DNA of 64,000 bases from Sutterella sp. (GCF_030539355.1 NZ_JAUNSF010000005.1:3011-67010), one strand, 5' to 3'; shown: positions 1-10,289, counted from the stretch's first letter. Numbers and translations are program-made. The notes: generated by a model from the letters alone, not told the origin.

Positions 1-789
1 CGGGTGTTCGGACTTGTCGAGCGAGAGGCACACGAACTCGCCGGGCTCGACGGGGCGGTGGAGGGCGGCCGAGAGCGTGAGCGACTTGTCGGCGTCCGTG
101 ACCATCTCCTCGGCGAGGACCTTGCCAGAGACGCGCAGGTTCGTCATGCGGAACTCGAGCACCACGACGGCGACCGTGAGGAGCGCTATGGCGACGGTGG
201 CCCACCAGCCGAGTCCCATGAGAAACCCGTCGGGAACGCCCGCGATGCCGTGCGCGGCGCCGATGAGGGCCACGGGCGCGAAGAGGCGGTGAATCTGCAC
301 CCAGCGGGTCTGGCGGATGAACTTCCCGAAGAGGGCGACCGCGATGAGCGCGAACATCAGCCACCCGAGCCAGGCGACGTCATGGCCGAGCCAGCCGATG
401 AAGTCAAAGCCTTCGGCCGCTTCGCGGGCCTTGCGCACGGGCGCCTCGGCGAAGCCGAGCGCGACGACGGTCTCGACGATCTTGCGCGGCATCCACCAGT
501 GGAAGGCAAGAAGGCCGGCGGTGGCGATGCCGAGGAAGCGATGGAAGCGGTAGCTCTCGGGCATGCCGCCCATGAACTTCTCGACCGCGGGGAGGCGCAG
601 CGCGCTCGCGACGAGGGCGAGCATGGCGCCGCCCAGAAGAATGCCGGACCAGAGGTCAAGCGCCTTCTTCCACTCGCTGATGGTGGCGGCGGCCGGATTC
701 CAGCCGAGCCAGGAAACGAGCGGGATCAGTGACAGAACGAAGAACAGAATGAGGGCGCGGGTGATGCGTTTCTTGGCTGCCGGGGTCAT
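1..789 (-). CDS. ferric-reductase-like transmembrane + FAD-binding oxidoreductase family protein (N-terminal 263 codons; 3' end lies beyond the left window edge)
   Basis: Absent from ORF track (no stop inside window). My minus-strand translation from ATG 789-787: MTPAAKKRITRALILFFVLSLIPLVSWLGW..YRFHRFLGIATAGLLAFHWWMPRK..RWVQIHRLFAPVALIGAAHGIAG..VVLEFRMTNLRVSGKVLAEEMV..PGEFVCLSLDKSEHP, open through position 1. Several hydrophobic helices with His pairs, then the start of an FAD-binding barrel. Track ORF 4..732(+) is its antisense shadow. Confidence 0.7.
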   Translation of the reverse strand, partial: MTPAAKKRITRALILFFVLSLIPLVSWLGWNPAAATISEWKKALDLWSGILLGGAMLALVASALRLPAVEKFMGGMPESYRFHRFLGIATAGLLAFHWWMPRKIVETVVALGFAEAPVRKAREAAEGFDFIGWLGHDVAWLGWLMFALIAVALFGKFIRQTRWVQIHRLFAPVALIGAAHGIAGVPDGFLMGLGWWATVAIALLTVAVVVLEFRMTNLRVSGKVLAEEMVTDADKSLTLSAALHRPVEPGEFVCLSLDKSEHP

Positions 790-1432
790 GGCGAAAATCC
801 TGTGGGCCCTGTCTACGCGCGGATGGGGAAAGCGCGTCGGACGGGGCACGGTTGCGGGATCCTCCTTCCGAAGACCCCGTGGGGAGGCGGGGCCGGGGAA
901 GACGGATTCCGGGGGAAACGGGTTTTCGGACGGATGCCGCGGCCTGGTTCGTCCTTCGCGGAGCCGCCCGTCGGCGCCTCCACACTGAAGAATTTATGCG
1001 GGTTTACTGAGCGAAACGTGAGTTTTCGCTGAGGGAATGCTTAGTTTTTATTGGAAATTTCAGGGTTTCCCCGTGCGCTGAGTGCAACAGCGGCGGCTCC
1101 CCGGCGTTCCCGTCCCTCCAGCTCCTTAAGGTTCACGTGAGATTCCTGGGGTATGTTTGTCTCACATGAGGAGATTTCCGAGCGGATCGGCGAGGCAATC
1201 CTTCGTGCGGAATCTGATCTTCGGTGAAGCTTGCTTGGTCGCTTCTTCACTCCGGACTTCAGAGCATCCTCCCTCCTGAGGGGCGGATGACGCGCGGTGT
1301 GTGGCTTCTCTCCACTTTTCTCCCCACTGATTTTCTTGAGGGCTCGCCCGGGTTTCCCGCGGCGAGCCATTTCTTGAGTGTTTCCTGTGTGCGGCAGCGA
1401 TGCCGCCCTCTCAAAGAAGGCAGATTCCCAGG

Positions 1433-1807
1433 ATGTTCACGCGCACTGTTCTCACCACCGCGCTTCTCTCGCTCGCATTCCTCGCCGGCACTGCCGACGC
1501 CGCCCGCGCGCCGACGGGCTTCGAAGGCCACTGGTCGGGCACCCTGGTCTCCGCCTCGGACGAGGCCGCCGGAGCGGAGCTCTCGCTCGACAGCTACGGC
1601 TGCTACGCGCTCTCGATCAAGACTGACCGCGGCATCGAGACGGGGTTCTTTGAGGTGAAGGACGGCCGTGTGCTGCTGAAGAACTCCGGCGGCAGCGTGC
1701 TCCGCGTGCTCGAGCGCCGCGAGGACGGGAAGCTCCACGAGCTCACGGCCGAGGGGAAGCCCCTTGAGGGCAAGCCCGCCGACTGCTGCTCGCTCTACAA
1801 GGACTGA
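1433..1807 (+). CDS. exported hypothetical protein (Sec-type signal peptide)
   Basis: ORF 1400..1807. From Met 1433 it reads MFTRTVLTTALLSLAFLAGTADA/ARAP (n-h-c signal with AxA site). Followed by a hairpin terminator. Alternative start at 1400. Confidence 0.55.
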   Translation: MFTRTVLTTALLSLAFLAGTADAARAPTGFEGHWSGTLVSASDEAAGAELSLDSYGCYALSIKTDRGIETGFFEVKDGRVLLKNSGGSVLRVLERREDGKLHELTAEGKPLEGKPADCCSLYKD

Positions 1808-1841
1808 GCGGAAGGACTCCGGTCCTTTCCTCTTGAAACGA

Positions 1842-1890
1842 AGAACCGCGCCGATCCCAGGGGGAAAAGCGCGGTTCTGTCGTTCTGAGG
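1842..1890 (+). terminator. rho-independent-like terminator
   Basis: Perfect 10-bp stem AGAACCGCGC (1842-1851) / GCGCGGTTCT (1869-1878) followed by GTCGTTCTG. Lies between convergent genes. Confidence 0.55.
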
Positions 1891-1926
1891 GCGGCACAGG
1901 CCGCCGGCCCAGGATTCAGTGCGGCA

Positions 1927-2940
1927 TCAGAAGGTCGCGAAGGCTTCCTTCATCTTCTCGGGCGACCAGCCGAACTGCACGAGCACGAGCATCGCGAGGA
2001 TGCGGCACTTCTGGGGCGAAAGCGTGCCCGCGGGGATGTAGCCGCGCTCCTGCCACTCGGCGAGGCCCGGCGTCACGCAGCCGCCCGGGACGCGGCTCGC
2101 GCGGATGATGAAGACGTTGTCGGCGGCGGCCTCGGCCAGCGCCTTCTCGCACTCCTCGTGGATCGAGCCGTTGCCGGTGCCGGCGTGGACGATCACCTCG
2201 GCACGGGCGGCCACGGCGGCGCGCACGAGCACGCCGTCGTCGTCCGCGTGCGAGTAGAGGATGTCGACGCGCGGCAGGCGGCGGGGGCGCGAGAACTGCT
2301 CGACCGAGAAGGGCGTCCCGAGCCCGAAGGGGCGCTCGGGGCGGCCGAGCCAGACGATGGCGTCGCCGGCGACGAGGCCGAGCGGGCCCTGCACGAGGCC
2401 GGAGAAGGCCGCGACGTTGGTCGGGTTCGTCTTCATAGCGTCGCGCGCCGAGAGGATCACGTCGTTCAAGGCAATGAGCACGCCGCGGCCGCGGGCGGCC
2501 GGGTCGGCGGCGATGCGCACGGCGTTGAGGAGGTTGAGCGGACCGTCGGCCGCAAGCGCCGTCGCGGGGCGCATCGCGCCCGTGAAGACGATCGGCTTCT
2601 CGGTCTTGGCGGTGAGGTGCGTGAACCAGGCGGTCTCCTCCATCGTGTCCGTGCCGTGGGTGACGACGATGCCGGCGATGTCCGGGTCGGCCGCGGCCTC
2701 GGCGATGGCGGCTCCGAGGTCCTTCCAAACCTGGGAGGTCATCGACATCGAGTCGATGCGGGCGATCTCGCGGGCCTCGATGCGCGCGACCTGCGCGAGC
2801 TGCGGGACGGCCGAGAGAAGGGCATCCACCGTGAAGTCGCCGATGCGGTAGCCTGTCATCTGCAGGGCGTCGGCGCCCGAGGAGACGATCGTTCCGCCCG
2901 TGGCGAAGAGGGCGATGCGGGGAAGGCTGGAGGAGGTCAT
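1927..2940 (-). CDS. L-asparaginase (asparaginase/glutaminase family)
   Basis: 337 aa. N-terminal IALFATGGTIVSSG (TGGTI catalytic Thr motif), VVTHGTDTMEETAWF (HGTDT motif), no signal peptide. Confidence 0.9.
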   Translation of the reverse strand: MTSSSLPRIALFATGGTIVSSGADALQMTGYRIGDFTVDALLSAVPQLAQVARIEAREIARIDSMSMTSQVWKDLGAAIAEAAADPDIAGIVVTHGTDTMEETAWFTHLTAKTEKPIVFTGAMRPATALAADGPLNLLNAVRIAADPAARGRGVLIALNDVILSARDAMKTNPTNVAAFSGLVQGPLGLVAGDAIVWLGRPERPFGLGTPFSVEQFSRPRRLPRVDILYSHADDDGVLVRAAVAARAEVIVHAGTGNGSIHEECEKALAEAAADNVFIIRASRVPGGCVTPGLAEWQERGYIPAGTLSPQKCRILAMLVLVQFGWSPEKMKEAFATF

Positions 2941-3431
2941 GAGTGAGTCACTGCCTGAAGGTCTGTAGGAAATCCGGGAGTCACGCGCGGCGCTGCGCGG
3001 TGAAGTCGGAGAGCGATTTTAGACGGTCGCCCGGTCCGGGATCATGTGCATGACCGGGGCGGCGAGGGGCCGGCGGCGTCGGTGGACCGGAACGGGGCGC
3101 GGATGCACCGGGAGAGTGCGTGAGGGCGCGGGAGACGCGAGGAACGCCGGATTTCCGACGCTCTTGAAAAAGCGAAACCCCTGAACATCCTCGCGGACGG
3201 ACAGGGGCTTCTTTGACCTCGCCCGAATACTACGGGAAAAGAAGTGCCCGGGGTTGAATTCGCCATATTGGGAATTACCTGATACTCTTTAATGGGTAAT
3301 GAGGTTGTGTACAACAGGCGGAACCGAACGGAGGGTGGGAAATCGTTCACCCAGGGTCTTCAGGTTGGACGAAGGGAGGCCGCATAGAATTGATCGGATT
3401 GATTCCCACCCATTCACCCGGAGAACGCCCC

Positions 3432-3917
3432 ATGCCGAAATTCGTGAAGGAACTCGGTCTGATTTCCGCCGCCGCGCTTCTGGCCGGCGCGCTCGCAGGC
3501 TGCCAGGCCGTGCCGACGGGCCCCGACGGGGAGCCGCTCTCCGGAGCCGCGGCCGCGCGCTTGATTGAGGCGCCGGCGCCGAAGGTGACGCCCTCGGTGA
3601 TCATCGCCCGCGACCAGATCTTCGCCTACGACTCGACGATCTCGGTCGGCACCGCCTTCGAGCAGTACGGCCGGTGCGACCCGAAGACCCGCCTCTGGGA
3701 GGAGCTCGAGCCGGGCGACGTGCAGTTCTCCTGCCGCTTCGACGACGGCACGATCATCCAGTTCGACTTCCGCGTCACCACGGAGCCCAGGAAGTCCGAG
3801 CTGAGGATGGTCACCTTCACCTCGATGATGGACGCGGAGTTCGCGGGCATCAGCGTCCGCGGCCCCGACGCCGAGGACATGCTGAGAAAGATCTACATGA
3901 ACGAGAAGCTCTTCTGA
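3432..3917 (+). CDS. lipoprotein, function unknown
   Basis: From Met 3432: MPKFVKELGLISAAALLAGALAGC with lipobox LAGC. GGAGA Shine-Dalgarno about 8 nt upstream. Confidence 0.6.
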   Translation: MPKFVKELGLISAAALLAGALAGCQAVPTGPDGEPLSGAAAARLIEAPAPKVTPSVIIARDQIFAYDSTISVGTAFEQYGRCDPKTRLWEELEPGDVQFSCRFDDGTIIQFDFRVTTEPRKSELRMVTFTSMMDAEFAGISVRGPDAEDMLRKIYMNEKLF

Positions 3918-4128
3918 CGCCTGGCTGTCTCGCGTCTCTTGAACAGCGCCGGCCTCGGATGAAAGTCCGGGGCCTCGTTGTCTCAGCAGTCTGCATATTT
4001 GTAGGCTCAGATGTGGGTTCAGATGCAGAAAGGCCTCCCGCAGCTTGTCGCTGAGGAAGGCCTTCCGGAGGTTTCCGCCTCCGCCCGGAGAGGTCCGGGC
4101 GGGAAGTGGGTTCGCTGCAGGGAGTGGA

Positions 4129-5409
4129 TTACTCGATGCGCTCGCCGTGGGCGGAGAGGTCGAGACCGGCGAGTTCGTCGTCGTTCGAGACGCGCAGACC
4201 CATGGTCTTCTTGATGATGTAGAGGATGATGGCGCTCATCACACCGCCGTAGACGAGGGTGGCGACGACCGAGAGGGCCTGGATGCCGACCTGCGTCCAC
4301 ATCGGGGGAAGCTCGGAGCCGGTGACGGCGCTCGAGGCGAAGAAGCCCGTCAGGATGGCGCCGAGGATGCCGCCCACGCCGTGCACGCCGAACGCGTCGA
4401 GCGAGTCGTCGTAACCGAAGTGAGCCTTGACGACGGCGACCATGAAGAAGCAGACGACGCCGGCGAGGAGACCGATGAAGAGGGCGGGGGCGGGTTCAAC
4501 GAAGCCCGAGCCCGGGGTGATGGCGACGAGGCCGGCGACGGCGCCCGAGATGATGCCGAGAACGCTCGGCTTGCCGCGCATCTTCCACTCGGTGAACATC
4601 CAGGCGACGGCACCGGCGGCGGCGGCGATCTGGGTGACGAGGATGGCCATGACGGCGCGTTCATTCGCGGCAAGACCGGAGCCGCCGTTGAAGCCCATCC
4701 AGCCGAACCACAGGAGGCAGGCGCCGATCACGGCGAACGTGAGGTTCGAGGGAGCGAGGTGCTGCGTGCCGTAGCCGCGGCGCGGCCCAAGCATGAGGCA
4801 GCCGACGAGGCCCGCGATACCGGCGTTGATGTGAACGACCGTGCCGCCGGCGTAGTCAAGCGCGCCCATCGTGCAGAAGTAGCCGTCCGAACCCCAGACC
4901 CAGTGGCAGATCGGGGCGTAGACGAGGATGCTCCAGGCCACCATGAAGACGATGAGCGAGGAGAACTTCATGCGCTCGGCGAAGGCGCCGGTGATGAGGG
5001 CGGGCGTGAGGATCGCGAACGTCATCTGGAAGAAGACGAAGAGGAGCTCAGGGATGGAGCCCGAGAGCGTGTTGATCGAGATGCCCGCGAGGAAGGCCTT
5101 GTCGAGGCTGCCGATGAAGGGCGAGCCTTCGGAGAAGGCGAGCGAGTAGCCGAGGAAGTACCAGACGAGGGTGAGCAGGCCGCAGATGGCGAGCGACTGC
5201 GCAAGCGTCGAGAGGATGTTCTTCTTGCGGACCATGCCGCAGTAGAAGAGCATGATGCCCGGGATGGTCATGAGGAGAACGAGCAGGCCGGCCACCATGA
5301 TCCAGGCCGTGTCGGCCTTGTCGAGCGTCGGCTCGTCGCCCGCGAAGGCCGAGGCGCTCGCAAACGCGAGAAGCCCGGCCGCGGGCAGGAGTTTCTTTAA
5401 GGCGTGCAT
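4129..5409 (-). CDS. amtB: ammonium transporter
   Basis: 426 aa, signal peptide then about 11 TM helices. Amt family sequence (AWIMVAGLLVLLMTIPGIMLFYCGMVRKKN; GALDYAGGTVVHINAGIAGL; FGVHGVGGILGAILTG). Directly downstream of glnK. Confidence 0.95.
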   Translation of the reverse strand: MHALKKLLPAAGLLAFASASAFAGDEPTLDKADTAWIMVAGLLVLLMTIPGIMLFYCGMVRKKNILSTLAQSLAICGLLTLVWYFLGYSLAFSEGSPFIGSLDKAFLAGISINTLSGSIPELLFVFFQMTFAILTPALITGAFAERMKFSSLIVFMVAWSILVYAPICHWVWGSDGYFCTMGALDYAGGTVVHINAGIAGLVGCLMLGPRRGYGTQHLAPSNLTFAVIGACLLWFGWMGFNGGSGLAANERAVMAILVTQIAAAAGAVAWMFTEWKMRGKPSVLGIISGAVAGLVAITPGSGFVEPAPALFIGLLAGVVCFFMVAVVKAHFGYDDSLDAFGVHGVGGILGAILTGFFASSAVTGSELPPMWTQVGIQALSVVATLVYGGVMSAIILYIIKKTMGLRVSNDDELAGLDLSAHGERIE

Positions 5410-5506
5410 TTTGTCAATCTCCGAGTAGTTCTTATGGGATTGCTTTGCTTCTTTGAGGGTGAGGAAGGGACTCTTCCGAGGGAATCCGCTTCTTCGCTTC
5501 TGGGGA

Positions 5507-5872
<366 letters not shown>

Positions 5873-5938
5873 TTAGGGGGAAGCGTCGGCCTCCCGGTGT
5901 TGAAACCGGGACTGGCCGGATTTCATGCAACCCTTCTC

Positions 5939-5954
5939 AGCAGGGGCCGTGCCA
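5939..5954 (-). promoter_or_regulatory. sigma-54 (-24/-12) promoter for glnK-amtB
   Basis: Minus-strand TGGCACGGCCCCTGCT matches TGGCACG-N4-TTGCW at 11 of 12 defined positions, with correct GG/GC spacing. About 95 nt upstream of the glnK ATG. Confidence 0.6.
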
Positions 5955-6184
5955 AATGACCGCTTCAGGCACGCGATGACAGGGCTTCTTACCCTGAATG
6001 CGGGATGGCTCTAGGTGAAGAACCTGAGGTGGGTAGGGTGTTTCATTTACCTGACGCCGGGCCGCGCCGGGAGTGTGTCCCCGGTGGCCAGGCCGCCGTG
6101 TCGGGGCGGCCGAGCGGAATGGTGCGCGGCCGCGCACTTTTTCGGGGCACAGGTTTTGAATTAAATTGATTTACAGACAAAAAA

Positions 6185-6211
6185 GTGCATGCATCGGAAA
6201 CGGTGCATGCA
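6185..6211. promoter_or_regulatory. repeated GTGCATGCA elements (candidate NtrC-type enhancer site)
   Basis: GTGCATGCA at 6185-6193 and 6203-6211 (18-nt period), each containing the palindrome TGCATGCA. The span TGCATCGGAAACGGTGCA resembles TGCACC-N5-GGTGCA but is 1 nt longer. About 240 nt upstream of the sigma-54 promoter. Confidence 0.3.
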
Positions 6212-6291
6212 CTTTCCGGGCGCGCCCGGATACGGTGCGCGTTCCGCGGACGGTGAGGTCCCGGTGCGGCGACGGGGCGTCCGCGGCGCGC

Positions 6292-7248
6292 TCAGGACGC
6301 GGGCTCGGGTCTGCGCAGACCGAGCAGCTCCGCGGCCCTTGCCTTCCTCTCCTCCGCCTCCTTCATCCCGTTCTTGATCTCCTCCTCGTCAAGGAGCTCG
6401 AGGAGCCGCGCGACCGCGGGCGGCATGATGCGGTCCTTTTCCCAGGCGATGACGACGTCGGCCGAGAGCGGCGGCGTGAGCGGGAGCCACACGAAGCCGC
6501 TCTTCGGGTCCGGGTTGTAGATGCCCTCGAGCGCGAGCACGTCGCCCGCGCCCGCCTGAGCGAGAAGCCAGGCGTTGTAGATGAGGTTGAAGCGCGCGAC
6601 ATAGCGCACCTTGGGCGAGAGCTCGCCGAACCAGGCGGCGAACTCGTTGTTCGCGTCGGCCTGGATGGAGGTGAGGAGCGGTCGGCCGACGAGGTCCTTC
6701 GGCGAGACGGCGGAGAGTTTCCCGAGCGGCCCGTCCCTGCGCGTGATGACGCCCCAGCGGTTGGAGCGCTTCAGTTTCCGGCGGCTCCAGACCGTCGCGT
6801 CGATCTCGCCGATGAAGACGCCCAAGTCGGTGACGCCCGAGCGGAGCTCCGCGCGCACGGTCTCGGCGCTGCCGCTCACGATGCGCACGGTGACGCGCGG
6901 CGCCTCCCGCTGCAGGCGGGCGATCGCGCTCGCGAGCGGCGCGAGGCAGGGCGTCTCGCCCGCGGCGATGCGGATCTCGCCCGAGAGCGCGTCCTCGGCG
7001 GCGATCTCGGCCTTCGTGCGGTCGAAGAGCTCCGTGATCATCAGCGCCCGCTCGTAGAAGAGCCGCCCCTTCTCGGTGAGCGTCAGCCGCCGGTTGCTGC
7101 GCTCGAAGAGCTTGTGGCCGAGTTCCTCCTCGAGGTCCATGAACTGCCTCGAGAGCGTCGGCTGCGTGACGTGCACCCGGGCGCAGGCCCCGGAGATGCT
7201 TCCCGCCTTCACGGCCGCGATGAAGTAGCGCAGCACTCGTATGTCCAT
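6292..7248 (-). CDS. LysR family transcriptional regulator
   Basis: 318 aa. N-terminal HTH MDIRVLRYFIAAVKAGSISGACARVHVTQPTLSRQFMDLEEELG. Divergent from the MFS gene. Confidence 0.9.
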   Translation of the reverse strand: MDIRVLRYFIAAVKAGSISGACARVHVTQPTLSRQFMDLEEELGHKLFERSNRRLTLTEKGRLFYERALMITELFDRTKAEIAAEDALSGEIRIAAGETPCLAPLASAIARLQREAPRVTVRIVSGSAETVRAELRSGVTDLGVFIGEIDATVWSRRKLKRSNRWGVITRRDGPLGKLSAVSPKDLVGRPLLTSIQADANNEFAAWFGELSPKVRYVARFNLIYNAWLLAQAGAGDVLALEGIYNPDPKSGFVWLPLTPPLSADVVIAWEKDRIMPPAVARLLELLDEEEIKNGMKEAEERKARAAELLGLRRPEPAS

Positions 7249-7518
7249 GCCTCTCTCCTTGAATTTCTATGCCTTTCGAGCATATTGAGCGATGAAAATT
7301 CGGTATTTGACATGATTATACCCGGGAAATATAGTTTTTTCGTCAATATTCATCAGAGGCATAGTCGCCGGCCTCACCAGTGACAGACCCGTGCCGGCGG
7401 TTCTCTTCTTCTTCCGCCCGCCGCTCCGCGAATGCCTGCGCATTCCGCCTCCTCCCCTCAACGGGAGCGGCCGGTGCCGCGGGCGGCCTTTTTCCCAGTC
7501 TCCAGATTGAGAATCACC

Positions 7519-8727
7519 ATGTCGAATACCTCCCAGTCCGTGTCCGACCGCGCCGTGACGCCCGTGACGCTCTCGCTCTTCGCGGGCGTGACCGCCCTGA
7601 TCGCAAGCGAGTTCACGCCGGTGAGCCTCCTCACTCCCATCGCCGGCGCGCTCGGCATCTCGACCGGCACGGCCGGGCAGACCGTCACGGCCGTGGGCGC
7701 GGCGGCGTTCCTCACGAGCCTCCTGATCGCGCCGCTCTTTCCCCGCACCGACCGCAGGCTCCTGATGCTCGCCTTCACGCTGATCGCGGCGGTCTCGAAT
7801 GCCCTCATCGCGGTGACGGAGTCGGTGGCGCTCCACTTCGCCGCCCGCGCGGCGCTCGGCCTCTCCGTGGGCGGGTTCTGGTCGCTCTCGGTCGCCTACG
7901 TGCAGTCCGTGGTCTCAAGAAAGGCGCTCGCCGGCGCCTTCTCGGTGGTCTACGCCGGCGTCTCGGTCGCGACCCTGGTGGCGCTCCCCGGCGCCGCCGC
8001 GCTCTCGGACGCCTTCGGCTGGCGGGCGATCTTCGCCGCGGTCGCCGCGCTCACGTTCATCACCTTCCTCTGGCAGTGGCGGACGCTCCCTGAAGTCCGG
8101 CCAGCGCAGACCGCCGGGCTCGCCGCCTTCCGCGAGGTGCTCGCCGAACCGGCCGCCCGCTTCGGGCTTCTCGCGACTTTCACGGCCTACGCGGGCTACC
8201 ACACGGTCTTCACCTACGTGCGCGCGGTGCTCGAGACGAGCGCAGGGCTCACGGGAAGTGCGCTCTCGACGACGCTTCTCGTCTACGCGGTCATCAACGT
8301 GATCGGCACCTTCGTGGCGGGCCGCCTCTTCGCGAGCGCCTTCCGCGCGGCCTTCGCCGGCACGGCCGTTGCCGCGCTCGCGGCGCCCCTTCTGATGCTC
8401 CTCCTTGAGGGGAGCGTCGCGATCGTCGGGCCCGTCTTCCTCGCAGCCTTCGTCTTCGGCTTCATTCCGGTCGGCTGGTCGGTGTGGCTCGTGAGGACGC
8501 TCCCGCACCGCACGGAGATCTTCGGCGGACTCTCGGTCGCGGTGACGCAGCTCTCGATCGGCGCCGCGGCGAACGCGGGCGGGCTCCTCTTTGACAGCAC
8601 GGGCACGACGTCGCTCTTCATCCTCTCGGCCGTGCTCTGCGCGGGCACCCTCGCGCTGCTCCCCGGAACGATGAGGCCCGCGAAGGCTCCCGCCGGGCCG
8701 CACGAGATCCCCGTGACAGCCGCCTGA
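7519..8727 (+). CDS. MFS transporter
   Basis: ORF 7432..8727; likely start is Met 7519 (MSNTSQSV). About 12 hydrophobic helices; drug/sugar efflux-like MFS pattern. Confidence 0.85.
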   Translation: MSNTSQSVSDRAVTPVTLSLFAGVTALIASEFTPVSLLTPIAGALGISTGTAGQTVTAVGAAAFLTSLLIAPLFPRTDRRLLMLAFTLIAAVSNALIAVTESVALHFAARAALGLSVGGFWSLSVAYVQSVVSRKALAGAFSVVYAGVSVATLVALPGAAALSDAFGWRAIFAAVAALTFITFLWQWRTLPEVRPAQTAGLAAFREVLAEPAARFGLLATFTAYAGYHTVFTYVRAVLETSAGLTGSALSTTLLVYAVINVIGTFVAGRLFASAFRAAFAGTAVAALAAPLLMLLLEGSVAIVGPVFLAAFVFGFIPVGWSVWLVRTLPHRTEIFGGLSVAVTQLSIGAAANAGGLLFDSTGTTSLFILSAVLCAGTLALLPGTMRPAKAPAGPHEIPVTAA

Positions 8728-8848
8728 CGCCGGAAATCAAGAGAATTTCATCGTTTTTCGATCGGAACGGGCGGGTTCGAGCCGCCGGGGACAGGGACAA
8801 TTCAATATGAATCAACTCTTCCGACTGATATCAGAAGGAGCCCAGCGC

Positions 8849-10264
8849 ATGACGACGAAACTTCACGAATTCACCCGGCGGGAACTTCTCGCGGGGCTCC
8901 CCGGCGCCGCAGGCGCCCTGACGCTCGGCTCCTCGATCCTCGCCGCCTCCGGCACCGCCGGGGCCGGTGAAGCCGTCAGCCTCTCCGCGGTCTCCGCGCC
9001 GGCCGCGGGCTCCGGCTGGAAGGCGCCGAAGCCGATTCTCCCCGCGCATCCGCCTCTCGGGCGCGGCATCGGCGTCTGCCCCGGGCGCGTCGCCTGGGTG
9101 CACGACCCGCGCGCCGTCTCCTGGGCGGGCGACGGCTGGTGGTGGAATCCGGAGAACTTCTCCGGGCCTGTGATCGAGGAGATGCTCGGGCGGGTGCTGG
9201 TCGGCCTCGCGGGGCTCGACGCCGGATCGCCCGTCCGCGGTGCCTGGGAAAGGCTTTTCACGGCGCACAACGCCCGCCATGGCCGCTCGGGCGGCTACCG
9301 GAAGGGCGAGCGCATCGCGGTCAAGATCAACATGAACGGAGCGGGCGGCTACGGCGACGACCCCGACGGGCACACCGAGGAGTCCTACGGCAACGCACGG
9401 CTCGTGCGCGCGCTCGTCCTCTCGCTCATGGAGGCCGGCGTTGCCCCGGCGAACATCACGCTCTATGACGCCGGCCGCATCTTCCCGCGCTGGTTCATGG
9501 CTCTGGTGAGCGAGGGCGCGGCCGCGGGCGTCGTGTTCCGCCACCGCAGGCCGGGGGCGCCCGACGACGCCGTCGCCGACCGCTCGCACCCGATCGACTG
9601 GGCGGGCCGCATCCGCGGCGACCGCTCGTACCTGCCGAAGTGCGTGACCGAGGCCGACTACCTCATCAATCTCGCGAACCTGAAGGGCCACAGCTACGGC
9701 ATGACGCTCTGCGCGAAGAACCATTTCGGGAGCTTCGTCAACTCCGACCGCCTGCGCGCGCCGCAGGCGGCGGGCCTCCACGGCAACGTGGCCGGGGCCC
9801 GGGCGGGGAACTACTCCGTCCTCACCGACCTCTCGGCGCGCGCGCACCTGGGCGGCAAGACCGTGCTCTGTCTCCTCGATGGGCTTCTCACCGCGACGGG
9901 CGAGATCGTCTCCACCACCCGCGAGGCCGCCCTCTGGACGATGCCTCCCTTCGCCGGCGGCTTCATGGCGAGCCTCTTCGCTTCCCAGGACCCGGTGTCG
10001 ATCGACTCGGTCGGGGCGGACTTCCTCACGGCCGAGCCCAACATGCTCGAGCGCAACTACACGCTGCGCTCCTCGCCCGGGATGGAGAACTACCTCCACG
10101 AGTCGGCGCTCGCCGACCGCGCCCCGTCGGGCACGGCCTACACGGACGGCGCGGGGAACCGCGTCGGGTCGCTCGGCGTCCACGAGCACTGGCTCGACCC
10201 GGTCTCGAAGTCCTACAGCCGCAACCGCGGCGAGTCCGAGGGCATCGAGCTCGTGCGGGTCTGA
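8849..10264 (+). CDS. DUF362 domain protein with twin-arginine (Tat) signal
   Basis: GAAGGAG RBS then MTTKLHEFTRRELLAGLPGAAGALTLGSSILAASG (RR Tat motif). DUF362-like segments IAVKINMNGAGG.. and ADYLINLANLKGHSYGMTLCAKNHFGSF. Confidence 0.75.
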   Translation: MTTKLHEFTRRELLAGLPGAAGALTLGSSILAASGTAGAGEAVSLSAVSAPAAGSGWKAPKPILPAHPPLGRGIGVCPGRVAWVHDPRAVSWAGDGWWWNPENFSGPVIEEMLGRVLVGLAGLDAGSPVRGAWERLFTAHNARHGRSGGYRKGERIAVKINMNGAGGYGDDPDGHTEESYGNARLVRALVLSLMEAGVAPANITLYDAGRIFPRWFMALVSEGAAAGVVFRHRRPGAPDDAVADRSHPIDWAGRIRGDRSYLPKCVTEADYLINLANLKGHSYGMTLCAKNHFGSFVNSDRLRAPQAAGLHGNVAGARAGNYSVLTDLSARAHLGGKTVLCLLDGLLTATGEIVSTTREAALWTMPPFAGGFMASLFASQDPVSIDSVGADFLTAEPNMLERNYTLRSSPGMENYLHESALADRAPSGTAYTDGAGNRVGSLGVHEHWLDPVSKSYSRNRGESEGIELVRV

Positions 10265-10289
10265 TTCATCAACCGGTTGATCTGAGAGC

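Noticed and set aside
4-732. 242-aa + strand ORF (and nested ORFs) at the left edge
   Set aside because: Arg/Gly/Asp/Glu/His-rich low-complexity translation. It is exactly antisense to a coherent multi-TM ferric-reductase-like reading frame that runs off the window edge, so it is a GC-driven shadow ORF.
6122-6142. Perfect palindrome GTGCGCGGCCGCGCAC + T5 as a + strand terminator
   Set aside because: No + strand gene lies upstream of it, and for the minus-strand LysR gene the T-run is on the wrong side. I kept it only as part of the glnK regulatory-region note.
10268-10281. Perfect 14-bp palindrome ATCAACCGGTTGAT just after the DUF362 stop (similar ATCAACCGG at about 18710)
   Set aside because: It occurs once, with only a partial second copy. 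It has no obvious associated gene or regulator and could be chance or a minor protein-binding site.
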